The notes under the pieces: generated by a model
Told to the model about the DNA's origin: nothing
The model's database searches: none
The model's input: the letters and a program-made list of their open reading frames with translations, nothing else
Assembly (NCBI GenBank): GCA_030550175.1
Contig: JAUQPW010000009.1
Coordinates: 5,459-69,458, forward strand
DNA from: a bacterium
GTDB taxonomy: Bacteria; Moduliflexota; Moduliflexia; Moduliflexales; JAUQPW01
DNA: 64,000 bases
Reading direction: 5' to 3'
Shown here: in pieces, positions 29,890 through 41,727 of the stretch
How positions within the stretch are numbered: position 1 is the first letter of the stretch
Layout: every line of letters begins with the position of its first letter
Made by a program: the position numbers and the translations under genes

Positions 29890-31077
29890 ATGAAAATTAC
29901 AGATGTTGTAACCATTCCCTTGAATTATCCTTTACCGACGACCCTTTATGATGCCAATTATGCCATGCCTACAAAACCTGCGCTGTTGGTAGAGGTACGA
30001 ACCGACGAAGGAGTAACCGGAATCGGCGAAGCTGCCCATTTTGGAGGACCTCTTATTTCTACGAAGGTTGTTATTGAAGAGGAACTCAAGTATCACATCT
30101 TAGGGGAAGATCCCCTTCAGATAGAATATCTTTGGGAGAGGATGCACCAGCGATCGTATAAGCATGCCCGAGGCGGTATTCTTATTGCCGCAATCAGTGG
30201 AATCGATATTGCGTTGTGGGACATTAAAGGGAAGGTTGCAGGGCTTCCCGTTTACAAGCTTCTGGGTGGCTATAATAAAGTAGTCCCGGCCTATGCAACA
30301 GGTGGGTTTTATGCCGAAGGGAAGGGGATTAAAGAATTGGTTCAGGAAGTTGAGGGATATATAAAGCATGGATTTAAGGCGGTCAAAATGAAGGTGGGAC
30401 GAAATTCTAGCCTAAAAGTTGGATTTAATCCCTTGCGGGTCATGCCTGCGCGGGGAGTCGCCGAGGTTACTTTGGAAGAAGACATCGAGCGCGTCCGGGC
30501 CGTTCGGGAGGCGATCGGAAAGGATACTCTGCTGATGATTGATGCAAATGGGGCCTGGGATGTTCCAACGGCTATTCAAATGGGGCGTAAATTGGAACCT
30601 TATAATTTATACTGGTTTGAAGAACCGGTTTCCCCGGATGATATCCAGGGAAGTGCAAAGGTGGCCTCTGCGTTGGATATAGCCATAGCCGGATATGAAA
30701 CTTGTAGCTATGGGCGTTTTAGTTTTAAAGATTACATTACGTCCGGAGCCGTTCACTTTGTCCAACCCGATATAGCCTGGTCTGGAGGACTCACCGAATG
30801 TATGAAAATTGCTCACCTGGCTGGTGCCTGGAATCTCCCCGTAGCTCCCCATATCCACGGAGCGGCTGTGGTCGTGGCAGCATCCCTTCATTACCTTGCA
30901 GCCATTCCCAATGCCACCATTGCCGAAATGGTCTTTCCGGCCCATCCTTTGATGGGAGACCTCGTGGATCATGTTTTGGATGTAAATAGAGAAGGTAATG
31001 TAATACTGTCTGACAAACCGGGCCTGGGAATCGAATTAAATCCAAAAGTCATCGAAAAGTATCGGGTAGATAAATAA
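29890..31077 (+). CDS. Mandelate racemase/muconate lactonizing enzyme family protein
   Basis: SGIDIALWDIKGK, KMK, DAN, WFEEP, GYE, QPD, APH. Confidence 0.9.
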   Translation: MKITDVVTIPLNYPLPTTLYDANYAMPTKPALLVEVRTDEGVTGIGEAAHFGGPLISTKVVIEEELKYHILGEDPLQIEYLWERMHQRSYKHARGGILIAAISGIDIALWDIKGKVAGLPVYKLLGGYNKVVPAYATGGFYAEGKGIKELVQEVEGYIKHGFKAVKMKVGRNSSLKVGFNPLRVMPARGVAEVTLEEDIERVRAVREAIGKDTLLMIDANGAWDVPTAIQMGRKLEPYNLYWFEEPVSPDDIQGSAKVASALDIAIAGYETCSYGRFSFKDYITSGAVHFVQPDIAWSGGLTECMKIAHLAGAWNLPVAPHIHGAAVVVAASLHYLAAIPNATIAEMVFPAHPLMGDLVDHVLDVNREGNVILSDKPGLGIELNPKVIEKYRVDK

Positions 31078-31122
31078 AACCAGAACGAGAAGGGAGGTGC
31101 GGGAATTCCCCCACTTTCCTCC

Positions 31123-32014
31123 CTAGTTTTTATCCAAAATCAAGCGACGTCCTTCCCGGAGGAGCTGGGTAAACGCTCCCGCAGATAAAGGCTTGCTAAA
31201 AAGATAACCCTGGATCTCATCACAATGATGGGCTCGTAGGAAGGTTAACTGCTCTTCTGTTTCTACACCTTCGGCTATGACCCTCAGTTTCAGGCTGTGG
31301 GCAATATCAATAATCAACTTGGCAATGACAGCGCCACAAACCGTTTCGATCCCGACAACGTAATTCAATACCTGTAACCCTTCCAGATTGTCCGGGTTCC
31401 TGCCTCAAAAGGACTGAAAAGGGTGAAACATCTTCTGGATGGATATACTCAAGAAAGTTCTTTCCAACCAACTCTTCAGGTTTATAGCCGAGGATACGTT
31501 CAACGGAGGGACTTTTATACTTGATGATTCCATTCGCATCCAGAATGGCAACCATATCCGATACGTGCTGGATTAGCGCACGAAACCGGTTCTCGTTTTC
31601 GTGAAGAGCCTGCTCTGTCTTACGGTGTGCTTGATGCTCACGAACCACCCGTAATTCCCGCTCAATAGCGGGAACCAGCCTTGCCAGCTCACTCTTTATA
31701 AGATAGTCATGGGCTCCGGCTCTCATAACGGCTAAGGCATGACCCTCATGGGTATCATCAGATACAATAATAAGAGGTAGATCAAGCTTTTTTTCCTTTA
31801 AAAGGGCTAATGTGTTAGAAACATCAAATCCAGGTACAAAACAATTGGCAATGACTACATCCCAGATCGGCTTACTTAGCGCGGTATTCATGGCTTCTGG
31901 CGTATTTACCCATTCAAAATCAGGTTCATAACCCCCCCGTTGGAGCTCTTGTATCAATAAAGCCACATCAATCTCAGAATCCTCAACAACTAATACCCGA
32001 AGTAATCTGTTCAT
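31123..32014 (-). pseudogene. Internally deleted REC-PAS-(GGDEF)-EAL signalling gene
   Basis: REC and PAS (to ELRCRDRNGLWR) joined out of frame at about 31330-31337 to only the extreme C-terminus of an EAL domain (AVIAKLIIDIAHSLKLRVIAEGVET...QGYLFSKP). Confidence 0.75.
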
Positions 32015-32060
32015 TTTTTAAACCGATGACTATAAAGTTATCTTGTAAAATCCCGGTTCT

Positions 32061-33449
32061 CTATACTTCCTTCCATTTCATCTTGACCTGGAGTCCGGAC
32101 CTCTGCACCAACCTTTTGGAAAGTTGGTCGACCCTTGAATAAATCTCTTCCTCGTTGATTCTGGTGAATTTCCCCCTTTCCAAAACTATTTCCCCATCAA
32201 TGAGCACGGTATCTACACTATGTCCACTCACCGAATAAATCAGGTTATTGATAGGGTGAAGAAGGGGTTGCCATTCGACATGGCGGGTATCAAAAAGAAC
32301 CAGGTCGGCCTTTTTTCCTACCTGGATAGAGCCGACCTGATCTTGCATCAGCAAGGCTCTGGCTCCATGAAGAGTGCCCATTTCTAGAGCGGTTTCGGCG
32401 GGAATCTGGTTCACATCCATGCGACTATCTTTATAGAGGGTAGCCACCAGGTACATGATCCGACACATATTAAAATGGTTGGAACCATTACCGCTATCTC
32501 CCCCCAGGGCTACACAAATACCTTTGTCTAGCATTTCTGGGAAACGACCGTATCGGGTAATTCCCTTCATATGGCGCAAGGCAGCCGTAGGACAATGAAC
32601 CACACTCACCTGGTATTGTTGGAGGAGTTCTAGATCCTTTTCCTGGATATAAACCATATGAACGAGTTTAACATTTTTATCTAAAATTCCTAACTCTTCC
32701 AAATGAGAGACGGGAACGGTATCTTTGGTGCCTGAAGCCGGATCTGTGGCCAGATGCATCATGCTAAAACCGACTCCATAGGAATCCGCCAGGCTTTTGG
32801 CCCCCTTTATTAATTCATCGGAGACGGTTCCGATTCCCAGAATAATAGGCCAGGCTAAAATCCTGGAATCACGGCCATTGGGGTGATTCCTGTTACGATT
32901 AATTTGAGATAACAGAGCTTCATTTTGTTTCAAGGCTTCTTCCGTTGTCTGCCTCATTCGCAGGGGGGTTTGGGGCAAATCCCAGGTCCAGCGTCCCACA
33001 ATCCCTCGAATACCGATATCTTCTGCTGCCTGTACCACACTTTCCACATCAAAAAGGGTTCCGGCTTCACAGAAAGTTGTGGTTCCGGTCCGGATCATCT
33101 CGATAAAGGCAAGCATGGCGGAGTAGTATTCCTCTTCGGGAGTTAAGATGGAATAAACCGGAAAAAGCCACTCCGGGAGCCAGGCATGAAGAGGGGCATC
33201 ATCCGGAACTAAGCCTCGGATAATATGCTCGGAGAGATGAACATGGGCGTCGACAAATCCCGGAAGAATAACCTTTTCCCGGGCATCCAGAACCCGGTCT
33301 GCTTGAAATTTCCACCGAATTTCTTCAGACTTTCCTACATCTACAATTCTATTACCTTCGATGGCAACACTTCCATTTGGAATAATCCGTCTTTCGGCAT
33401 CCAAAGTTATCAACAGGCCATTCTCGATGAGTAAAGTTTTGGAAGACAT
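32061..33449 (-). CDS. Amidohydrolase family (MTA/SAH deaminase-like) protein
   Basis: PGFVDAHVH, GTTT, H, HMV, HCP, GGDS, GSIQVGKKADL. Confidence 0.85.
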   Translation of the reverse strand: MSSKTLLIENGLLITLDAERRIIPNGSVAIEGNRIVDVGKSEEIRWKFQADRVLDAREKVILPGFVDAHVHLSEHIIRGLVPDDAPLHAWLPEWLFPVYSILTPEEEYYSAMLAFIEMIRTGTTTFCEAGTLFDVESVVQAAEDIGIRGIVGRWTWDLPQTPLRMRQTTEEALKQNEALLSQINRNRNHPNGRDSRILAWPIILGIGTVSDELIKGAKSLADSYGVGFSMMHLATDPASGTKDTVPVSHLEELGILDKNVKLVHMVYIQEKDLELLQQYQVSVVHCPTAALRHMKGITRYGRFPEMLDKGICVALGGDSGNGSNHFNMCRIMYLVATLYKDSRMDVNQIPAETALEMGTLHGARALLMQDQVGSIQVGKKADLVLFDTRHVEWQPLLHPINNLIYSVSGHSVDTVLIDGEIVLERGKFTRINEEEIYSRVDQLSKRLVQRSGLQVKMKWKEV

Positions 33450-33467
33450 GGAATTGGACTCCTGTTT

Positions 33468-34781
33468 TTATAATTTCTCAAAAACCTCTGTAGCAGCGGC
33501 GAGGGTTTTCTCGATATCCTCCTCGGTATGGGCCGCCGAGACAAAACCGGCTTCGAATTGTGAGGGAGCAAAATAAATGCCATGTTCCAGCATCAATCCG
33601 AAATATCTGGCATATCTTTTCGTATCGGAAGTTTTAGCCGTGGCATAATTGGTTACCGGAGTATCTGTGAAAAAGAGGCACATCATCGAACCGACCCGGG
33701 TGGTATAAACAGGAACTCCGGCCTTAGCTGCACATTCTTGAAGACCCTGAGCCAATCGGGCAGATTTTTCTTCCAGATCTTTATAAAAACCGGGTTGAGA
33801 AATAATCTTGAGGGTTTCAATTCCGGCGGTCATGGCCAGGGGATTGCCAGAGAGGGTCCCCGCCTGATAAACCGGACCGAGAGGGGCTACTTTTTCCATG
33901 ATTTCCCTTTTCCCTCCATACGCCCCAACCGGGAGTCCTCCTCCGATGATCTTTCCCAAACAGGTCAGGTCTGCCTGGATTCCGTAGAGCTCCTGCGCCC
34001 CCCCCCAGGCAACCCGAAATCCTGTAATGACTTCATCAAAAATCAGGACAATACCATGCTCTAAAGTTAACTCTCGAAGACCTTCTAAAAATCCCTTAGC
34101 CGGTGGAATCACTCCTACATTTCCGGCAATGGGTTCTAAAATAACGGCCGCAATCTCACCCCGATTGGCTTCGATTACCTGTTTGACTGCATCCAGATTG
34201 TTATAGGGAACGGTCAGGGTGTGTTTCGCATAGTCTACCGGTACCCCCGGACTATCCGGGATTCCTAAGGTTAAAACCCCCGATCCTGCCTTAACCAGTA
34301 ACCCATCGGAATGACCGTGATAACAGGCCTCAAATTTGATGATTTTATCCCGACCTGTAAATCCTCGAGCCAACCGAATGGCACTCATGGTCGCTTCGGT
34401 TCCGGAGTTAACCATACGAACCAGCTCTATGGAAGGAAACGCCTGGGTCACCATCCGGGCCAGAGTAACTTCCAGTTCCGTGGGAGCCCCATAGCTGGTT
34501 CCCCGTTCACAGGCTTCCTTTAAGGCCGAAACGATTTGGGGATGGGCATGCCCTAAAATCATAGGCCCCCAGGATCCTACATAATCTATATACTCCTTAC
34601 CGTCTACATCATAAATCTTAGACCCCTGAGCCCGCTGGATAAATCGAGGGGTTCCTCCAACGGCCTTAAAGGCCCTTACCGGACTGTTAACTCCTCCGGG
34701 AAGATATTTTTGGGCTTCTGCAAATAATATTTCAGATTTGGTCATCGGCTCATTGTCCGTTGTCCGTCCTCTATTGTCCAT
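33468..34781 (-). CDS. hemL: Glutamate-1-semialdehyde 2,1-aminomutase
   Basis: [55 protein letters not shown]. Confidence 0.96.
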   Translation of the reverse strand: MDNRGRTTDNEPMTKSEILFAEAQKYLPGGVNSPVRAFKAVGGTPRFIQRAQGSKIYDVDGKEYIDYVGSWGPMILGHAHPQIVSALKEACERGTSYGAPTELEVTLARMVTQAFPSIELVRMVNSGTEATMSAIRLARGFTGRDKIIKFEACYHGHSDGLLVKAGSGVLTLGIPDSPGVPVDYAKHTLTVPYNNLDAVKQVIEANRGEIAAVILEPIAGNVGVIPPAKGFLEGLRELTLEHGIVLIFDEVITGFRVAWGGAQELYGIQADLTCLGKIIGGGLPVGAYGGKREIMEKVAPLGPVYQAGTLSGNPLAMTAGIETLKIISQPGFYKDLEEKSARLAQGLQECAAKAGVPVYTTRVGSMMCLFFTDTPVTNYATAKTSDTKRYARYFGLMLEHGIYFAPSQFEAGFVSAAHTEEDIEKTLAAATEVFEKL

Positions 34782-34877
34782 AGATGGTTAATAACGCTTT
34801 AATCATTATAAAGAGACGGTTAAAACCGCCATTAAGAATTTGCAATGAACAATGGACAACGGTCAACGGATGAATTA

Positions 34878-36149
34878 TCACTCGTCGACCTCTAAATTAA
34901 ACAACTTTTGAATTGCCTGAATATAAATGGAACCTTCATCGGTGTAGGAGAGTTTTTTCAAAGCTACCAAAGGGTCGTGGAGAATTTTATTGGTGATCAG
35001 ATTGACCATGATTTGGATTTTTTCCAGATCTTTTGGGGAAAGATTTTTCAGCCCCGGCAATCGTCGTTCCAGTTCCGTTCTGCTAATGGTTTCAATCTTT
35101 TTCCGTAGAGCTTTAATAGTCGGAACGACGTCCTGGGCTTTGAGCCACTTGGAAAATTGAAGAACTTCTTGCTGGATAATCTCTTCAGCCCGTTGAGCCT
35201 CTTTGGCTCGCTCTCGAATATTGGCTTCTACCACCGCCTGCAGGTCATCGATGTCATAGAGATAAACGTTATCCAGTTGATTAATATCCGGATCCAGATT
35301 TCGGGGTACCGCGATATCAATCAAGAACATGGGACGATTCTTCCTCAATGAAAGAAGCGCTTTGATATCCTCGTACTTTAAGAGATAATGGGGGGATCCG
35401 GTAGAACTGATGACAATATCTATTGTGATTAAAGCTTCTGATATCTGATCAAATGGAATAGCCGTTCCTTGAAAGGCTTTAGCCAGCTCAACCGCTCGCT
35501 CGTAGGTTCGATTGGTTACAAGAACCCTTTGAACCCCTTCTGAAATGAGGTGGCGTACCGCCAGCTCACCCATTTCACCGGCTCCGATAATCAAGACTTG
35601 CTTATCATGGAGGCTTCCAAATATTTTTTTGGCCAATTCGACCGCAGCAAAACTAACCGATACGGCATTCCTGGAAATTCCGGTCTCTGTGCGAACAGCT
35701 TTTGCAACCTTGAAAGCCTTATGCATCAGAGCATGTAAGAAAAAACGGGTCGTATTACTTTCACAGGCTATCTTATAAGCTGCTTTCATTTGGCCCAGAA
35801 TCTGAGGCTCTCCCAAAACCATCGAATCTAAACTGGAAGCAACTCTGAAAATATGGGCCACCGCCTGATCTCCTTCATAAACATACAGATATTTTTCCAG
35901 AATAGACATCTCCACTTGCTGATAGGTTGCAAGAAACTCTTTAACAGTTCTGATTCCTTCCTCTGTAGAAGAAACCACCGAGTAAACCTCTACCCGGTTG
36001 CAGGTGGAAATAATAAAATTTTCCAGAATTCCCTCGGCCTGGTGCAATTGAGTGAGCGGCTTTTCCAGCTCTTTATCAAAGAAGGCCAATTTCTCCCGAA
36101 TTTCTATGGGAGCCGTGCGGTGATTAAGTCCTACAACGATGATATTCAT
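34878..36149 (-). CDS. hemA: Glutamyl-tRNA reductase
   Basis: GLNHRTAP, STCNRVE, SLDSMVLGEPQILGQ, IGAGEMG, DIAVPR. Confidence 0.96.
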   Translation of the reverse strand: MNIIVVGLNHRTAPIEIREKLAFFDKELEKPLTQLHQAEGILENFIISTCNRVEVYSVVSSTEEGIRTVKEFLATYQQVEMSILEKYLYVYEGDQAVAHIFRVASSLDSMVLGEPQILGQMKAAYKIACESNTTRFFLHALMHKAFKVAKAVRTETGISRNAVSVSFAAVELAKKIFGSLHDKQVLIIGAGEMGELAVRHLISEGVQRVLVTNRTYERAVELAKAFQGTAIPFDQISEALITIDIVISSTGSPHYLLKYEDIKALLSLRKNRPMFLIDIAVPRNLDPDINQLDNVYLYDIDDLQAVVEANIRERAKEAQRAEEIIQQEVLQFSKWLKAQDVVPTIKALRKKIETISRTELERRLPGLKNLSPKDLEKIQIMVNLITNKILHDPLVALKKLSYTDEGSIYIQAIQKLFNLEVDE

Positions 36150-36171
36150 GTTATATTTTACGTTTCAAGTT

Positions 36172-37008
36172 TTAAAAAAGATGTAATCTTCTTTCAGAAA
36201 AATAATAAATCGCCATGAAGGTAATCAGAATGTAAGAGAATCCCAGAATGGTCAAATAAGAAGCCTTTCTTCCTCTCCAACCTGCAGTAACCCGGGCATA
36301 GATAAGGATGGCATAAATAATCCAAACAATGATGGCAAAAATGGTTGTCGGATCCCGGCTCAAGGGATTTACTCCTCTAAACTTGGCCCAGATGGCTCCG
36401 ATGATAATGGCTAAGGTCAACAAGGGAAATCCGATTAACAAGGCCCGATAGCTTAAATTATCCAGAATTTCCAGAGAAGGAAGCCGATAATAAAGAGCTC
36501 CCGGTTTTTTTGACTTGAGCTGACGCTCCTGAATAAGATACATGACGGCTGCACACGAGGCAATGGCAAAAACTGCATAACCCAGAATGGCTACCACGGC
36601 ATGAAGACCAATCCAATAACTCTGGATGGCAGGGAGTGAAGCCTTTCCCGCCGGCAGTGAATAGGCATAGATAAACAGCATAAAAGCAATGGGAATAACA
36701 AAAGCCCCCAAGACGGGAATATGGTACTTAAGATCGGCAATCAAAAATACCAAAATCGTGGCCCAGATAAAAAGAAAGAGAGTTTCTTTGGAATTGGAAA
36801 AAGGAGAGATCCGAATAATGGTAAGTTTAAATAAGATGGTAATGGTATCTAAAGTAAAACTTACCACCGTCAATGCAGTAGCAAGCCGGGCCAAAAAGGG
36901 CTTTTTCGTAACAAGAAAAGAAAGATACCCCAGGGTCGCCAAAAAGAAGATAACTAAGAGAATCTCGAATAAAAAAAAGTTTATAATATGAGTGGTATCC
37001 ATACGCAA
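36172..37008 (-). CDS. ccsA: Cytochrome c biogenesis CcsA / HemX-like membrane protein
   Basis: About 8 TMs, WIGLH, LPSLEILD, GAIWA, GWRGRK, C-terminal His; the WWD segment is degenerate; immediately upstream of hemA. Confidence 0.75.
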   Translation of the reverse strand: MRMDTTHIINFFLFEILLVIFFLATLGYLSFLVTKKPFLARLATALTVVSFTLDTITILFKLTIIRISPFSNSKETLFLFIWATILVFLIADLKYHIPVLGAFVIPIAFMLFIYAYSLPAGKASLPAIQSYWIGLHAVVAILGYAVFAIASCAAVMYLIQERQLKSKKPGALYYRLPSLEILDNLSYRALLIGFPLLTLAIIIGAIWAKFRGVNPLSRDPTTIFAIIVWIIYAILIYARVTAGWRGRKASYLTILGFSYILITFMAIYYFSERRLHLF

Positions 37009-37009
37009 G

Positions 37010-37513
37010 TTAATAAGGCCAGTAGAGGGCGTATTTTTTATCGATAGCCTCTTTGATGGCGGCCAGGGAATAGCCTTTTCCCTTCATTTCATACGCCTCC
37101 AGCGTAATAGACCGACAGATCTCTCAGCCTGCAGAATGGGTATCCACATAACAATCTAAATTATTTTGATGGTGATGGGTCTTATAACATCCACAGTAAC
37201 AGGGCAGGTTTTCGACCAGCTCCGGATCTGTTTGGGCAATCTGATAAGCTAAAGCCGTTTTATCGGTAAACAGAGTGGGAGATAAGGTCTTGGGTCGAGG
37301 AGATCGAGGTATGGCCGATAGGCTAAATCCGGCCCGTTTTTCGGTTCTGAAACCAGAAGCCGACCGGGATCGCATCCCCAGAAGGAGATATATATCAACA
37401 CCAACGATCAAAACCAGTAAAAAGATCAATGCTACAACGGCAGAGCGACTCGCAGCCAACCAATCCAAAAAACTCTTTTTCGGTTTTCCTGGATTTTGAG
37501 TATTCTCCTCCAT
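37010..37513 (-). CDS. Membrane-anchored PCYCGC-motif selenoprotein (Sec at TGA 37124-37126, UxxC), 167 aa
   Basis: The ORF-track protein ends ...PCYCGC...HSAG-TGA. The frame continues EICRSITLEAYEMKGKGYSLAAIKEAIDKKYALYWPY-TAA (37010), abutting the ccsA start. Hairpin TACGC-TGGAG-GCGTA begins 17 nt after UGA. Confidence 0.8.
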
Positions 37514-37802
37514 TTAAAAATCCTTTTTACTACAACAGGTTATTTCATCAACCTTATAAGTTTCTTAAAGGCTTTAATCGCTTCCCAAAGATTTCGTTAT
37601 TATTTTATTACAAGCCTTACGAACAAAGCAAGAAATATTTTAACAACCGACATATTATATCCGAGAATCAAGAAATCTCGAAAAAGAATCCTTGTAACTG
37701 TAACAATTTCCTACGAAAATCACCCTACGATTTTCATGATTTGTGGCGACCCAACAAGTCATGACCGTTTATAGATATCACTTTTTTCTGTCCTGGCCCC
37801 CC

Positions 37803-38008
37803 TAGGCGCCAGGTTAAGCTGAAAAGCCCCGTCAGGGGCCAAAGGTTGGTAGCCTCTGACGTAAGTCGGGGGATTCAGAAATTCAGAATTTTTTCAAGCT
37901 CCCTGACTGCATCCTGTTAAACAGGTCACCCCTGACGAGGCTTAGAGGGTCCTGTTATCCTGTTTCCCCTGGCTTACGCCAGGGGTTATCAACAGGTTGC
38001 CCCGATGG
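37803..38008. mobile_element. Family A MITE-like element (copy 3, reverse orientation, one TIR lost)
   Basis: Reverse complement aligns with about 95-296 (GGGGCAACCTGTT...CAGGGAGCTTGAAAAAATTC...GGCTACCAACC...GCCCCTGA...CTTAACCTGGCG). Confidence 0.7.
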
Positions 38009-38083
38009 TTCGGACAATTCAGAGGGTCGGCAAAAGAACCGCCGGGTTGGAGTGGTCATCGATACCGGTCATTGAAAAAAATA

Positions 38084-38246
38084 AAGACCTCTGGAAGGTT
38101 TAAAAACCTTCGAGGCCTCAAGTACGGGAATAAAAAGAACCGGGGTAAGTAGTTTACTTTCCTGGAGACGCCGGCATGGCGCCTCTACAAGTACCTGTAA
38201 GGGCAACCCCTTAGAAGGGGGCCAGGACCCGGTGGGTTGCCCTTAC
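38084..38246. repeat. Cluster of short REP-like palindromes downstream of clpB
   Basis: GAAGGTTTAAAAACCTTC; GAGACGCC...GGCGCCTCTAC; GTAAGGGCAACCC...GGGTTGCCCTTAC. Confidence 0.55.
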
Positions 38247-38275
38247 CAATGGGTTATTTTCGAGCAGAATGGGCA

Positions 38276-40867
<2,592 letters not shown>

Positions 40868-41079
40868 GAGTTCTATTTACGATCGATGAAACGAGTATGA
40901 GGAAAACCCTTCCTTCGCTCTCTTGCCTCATCTATCGTAAATTGTTTCAAACAAAAGATAATCTTTTCACAAGGCTTCCTGACCATCCAAATTGCCTTTT
41001 AAAATTCCAACCTTAGAAATCAATCGGAAGATCCGCCAGGTCCCCTTATCCGAGGAGTTCTCGTATCTAATCTAAAAAT

Positions 41080-41109
41080 AATATAAAATTTGAGTGTATC
41101 TTTATCAAG
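41080..41109 (-). promoter_or_regulatory. clpB sigma70 promoter overlapped by an HspR (HAIR)-like operator
   Basis: Minus strand TTGATA-N17-TATATT. Plus strand TTTGAGT-N7-TATCAAG (41089-41109) versus the HAIR consensus CTTGAGT-N7-ACTCAAG. Confidence 0.65.
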
Positions 41110-41321
41110 GTATTTGATAATATTTTTACAGGCCGGATTTTCCTTTGGTAAAGAACAGATTCTGGTCCGATGTGGTAAATTCTATTTTACTTCATAAAGC
41201 CGATCTGTTAAATTGGAACATCACAAAAGGATTCTAAATCCCAGCATTCAGTAGAAGACTTCCTAGCTATACCTCCCCGTACTTTTTTGTAAATCAGGGA
41301 TTTTATTTTATTGAATTACAA

Positions 41322-41479
41322 AAGCCCCACAGGGAAGATCTGTTTATAGTAAATTGAAGTTCTTTTTATTAACCTAACCCCACAGAGGTCGACCTGTTTT
41401 GTAGATAGGTCGCCCCTTCGGGGCTATAGAAAAGGGGAAGGAATATTCTTCCTATAAACAGGCCGCCCTTCCGGGGCTT
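41322..41479. repeat. REP-like array (two forward and two reverse AGCCCC-N4-GGGGCGACCTGT-type units)
   Basis: Units resemble those inside the family A elements and are arranged head-to-head. Confidence 0.6.
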
Positions 41480-41526
41480 ACCCAGGTTATCGGATTAAAA
41501 TTTAACAGGTTCGAGTTAAAAACTGC

Positions 41527-41669
41527 AAAAGAATAGTGCTTTGTAAAGTTAAATTCGGATAACCATTTTGCCCTCACTCCTGGTCCTTCTCCCGAAGCCT
41601 CGAGAGAGGGGTGTAGGGGTGAGGGCAGAGCATTCCACAAAACTAACTTTACAAGGTAACAGTTCTTTT
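41527..41669. repeat. IR-bounded element enclosing a GCCCTCAC...GTGAGGGC palindrome
   Basis: TTGTAAAGTTA (41541-41551) / TAACTTTACAA (41644-41654) plus outer AAAAGAA/TTCTTTT; inner hairpin 41570-41626. Confidence 0.5.
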
Positions 41670-41727
41670 AGTATGAAAATAAATTTTCATACTAAAAGAT
41701 AGGCCCTTTACTTACCCACGAGATCTT

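Noticed and set aside
31307-31368. Programmed frameshift joining REC-PAS to EAL
   Set aside because: No slippery sequence, and the EAL fragment lacks its catalytic N-terminal part; a deletion is more parsimonious.
41322-41479. Possible CRISPR array
   Set aside because: Repeats are degenerate, in both orientations and irregularly spaced, and no cas genes are present; better explained as REP-like.
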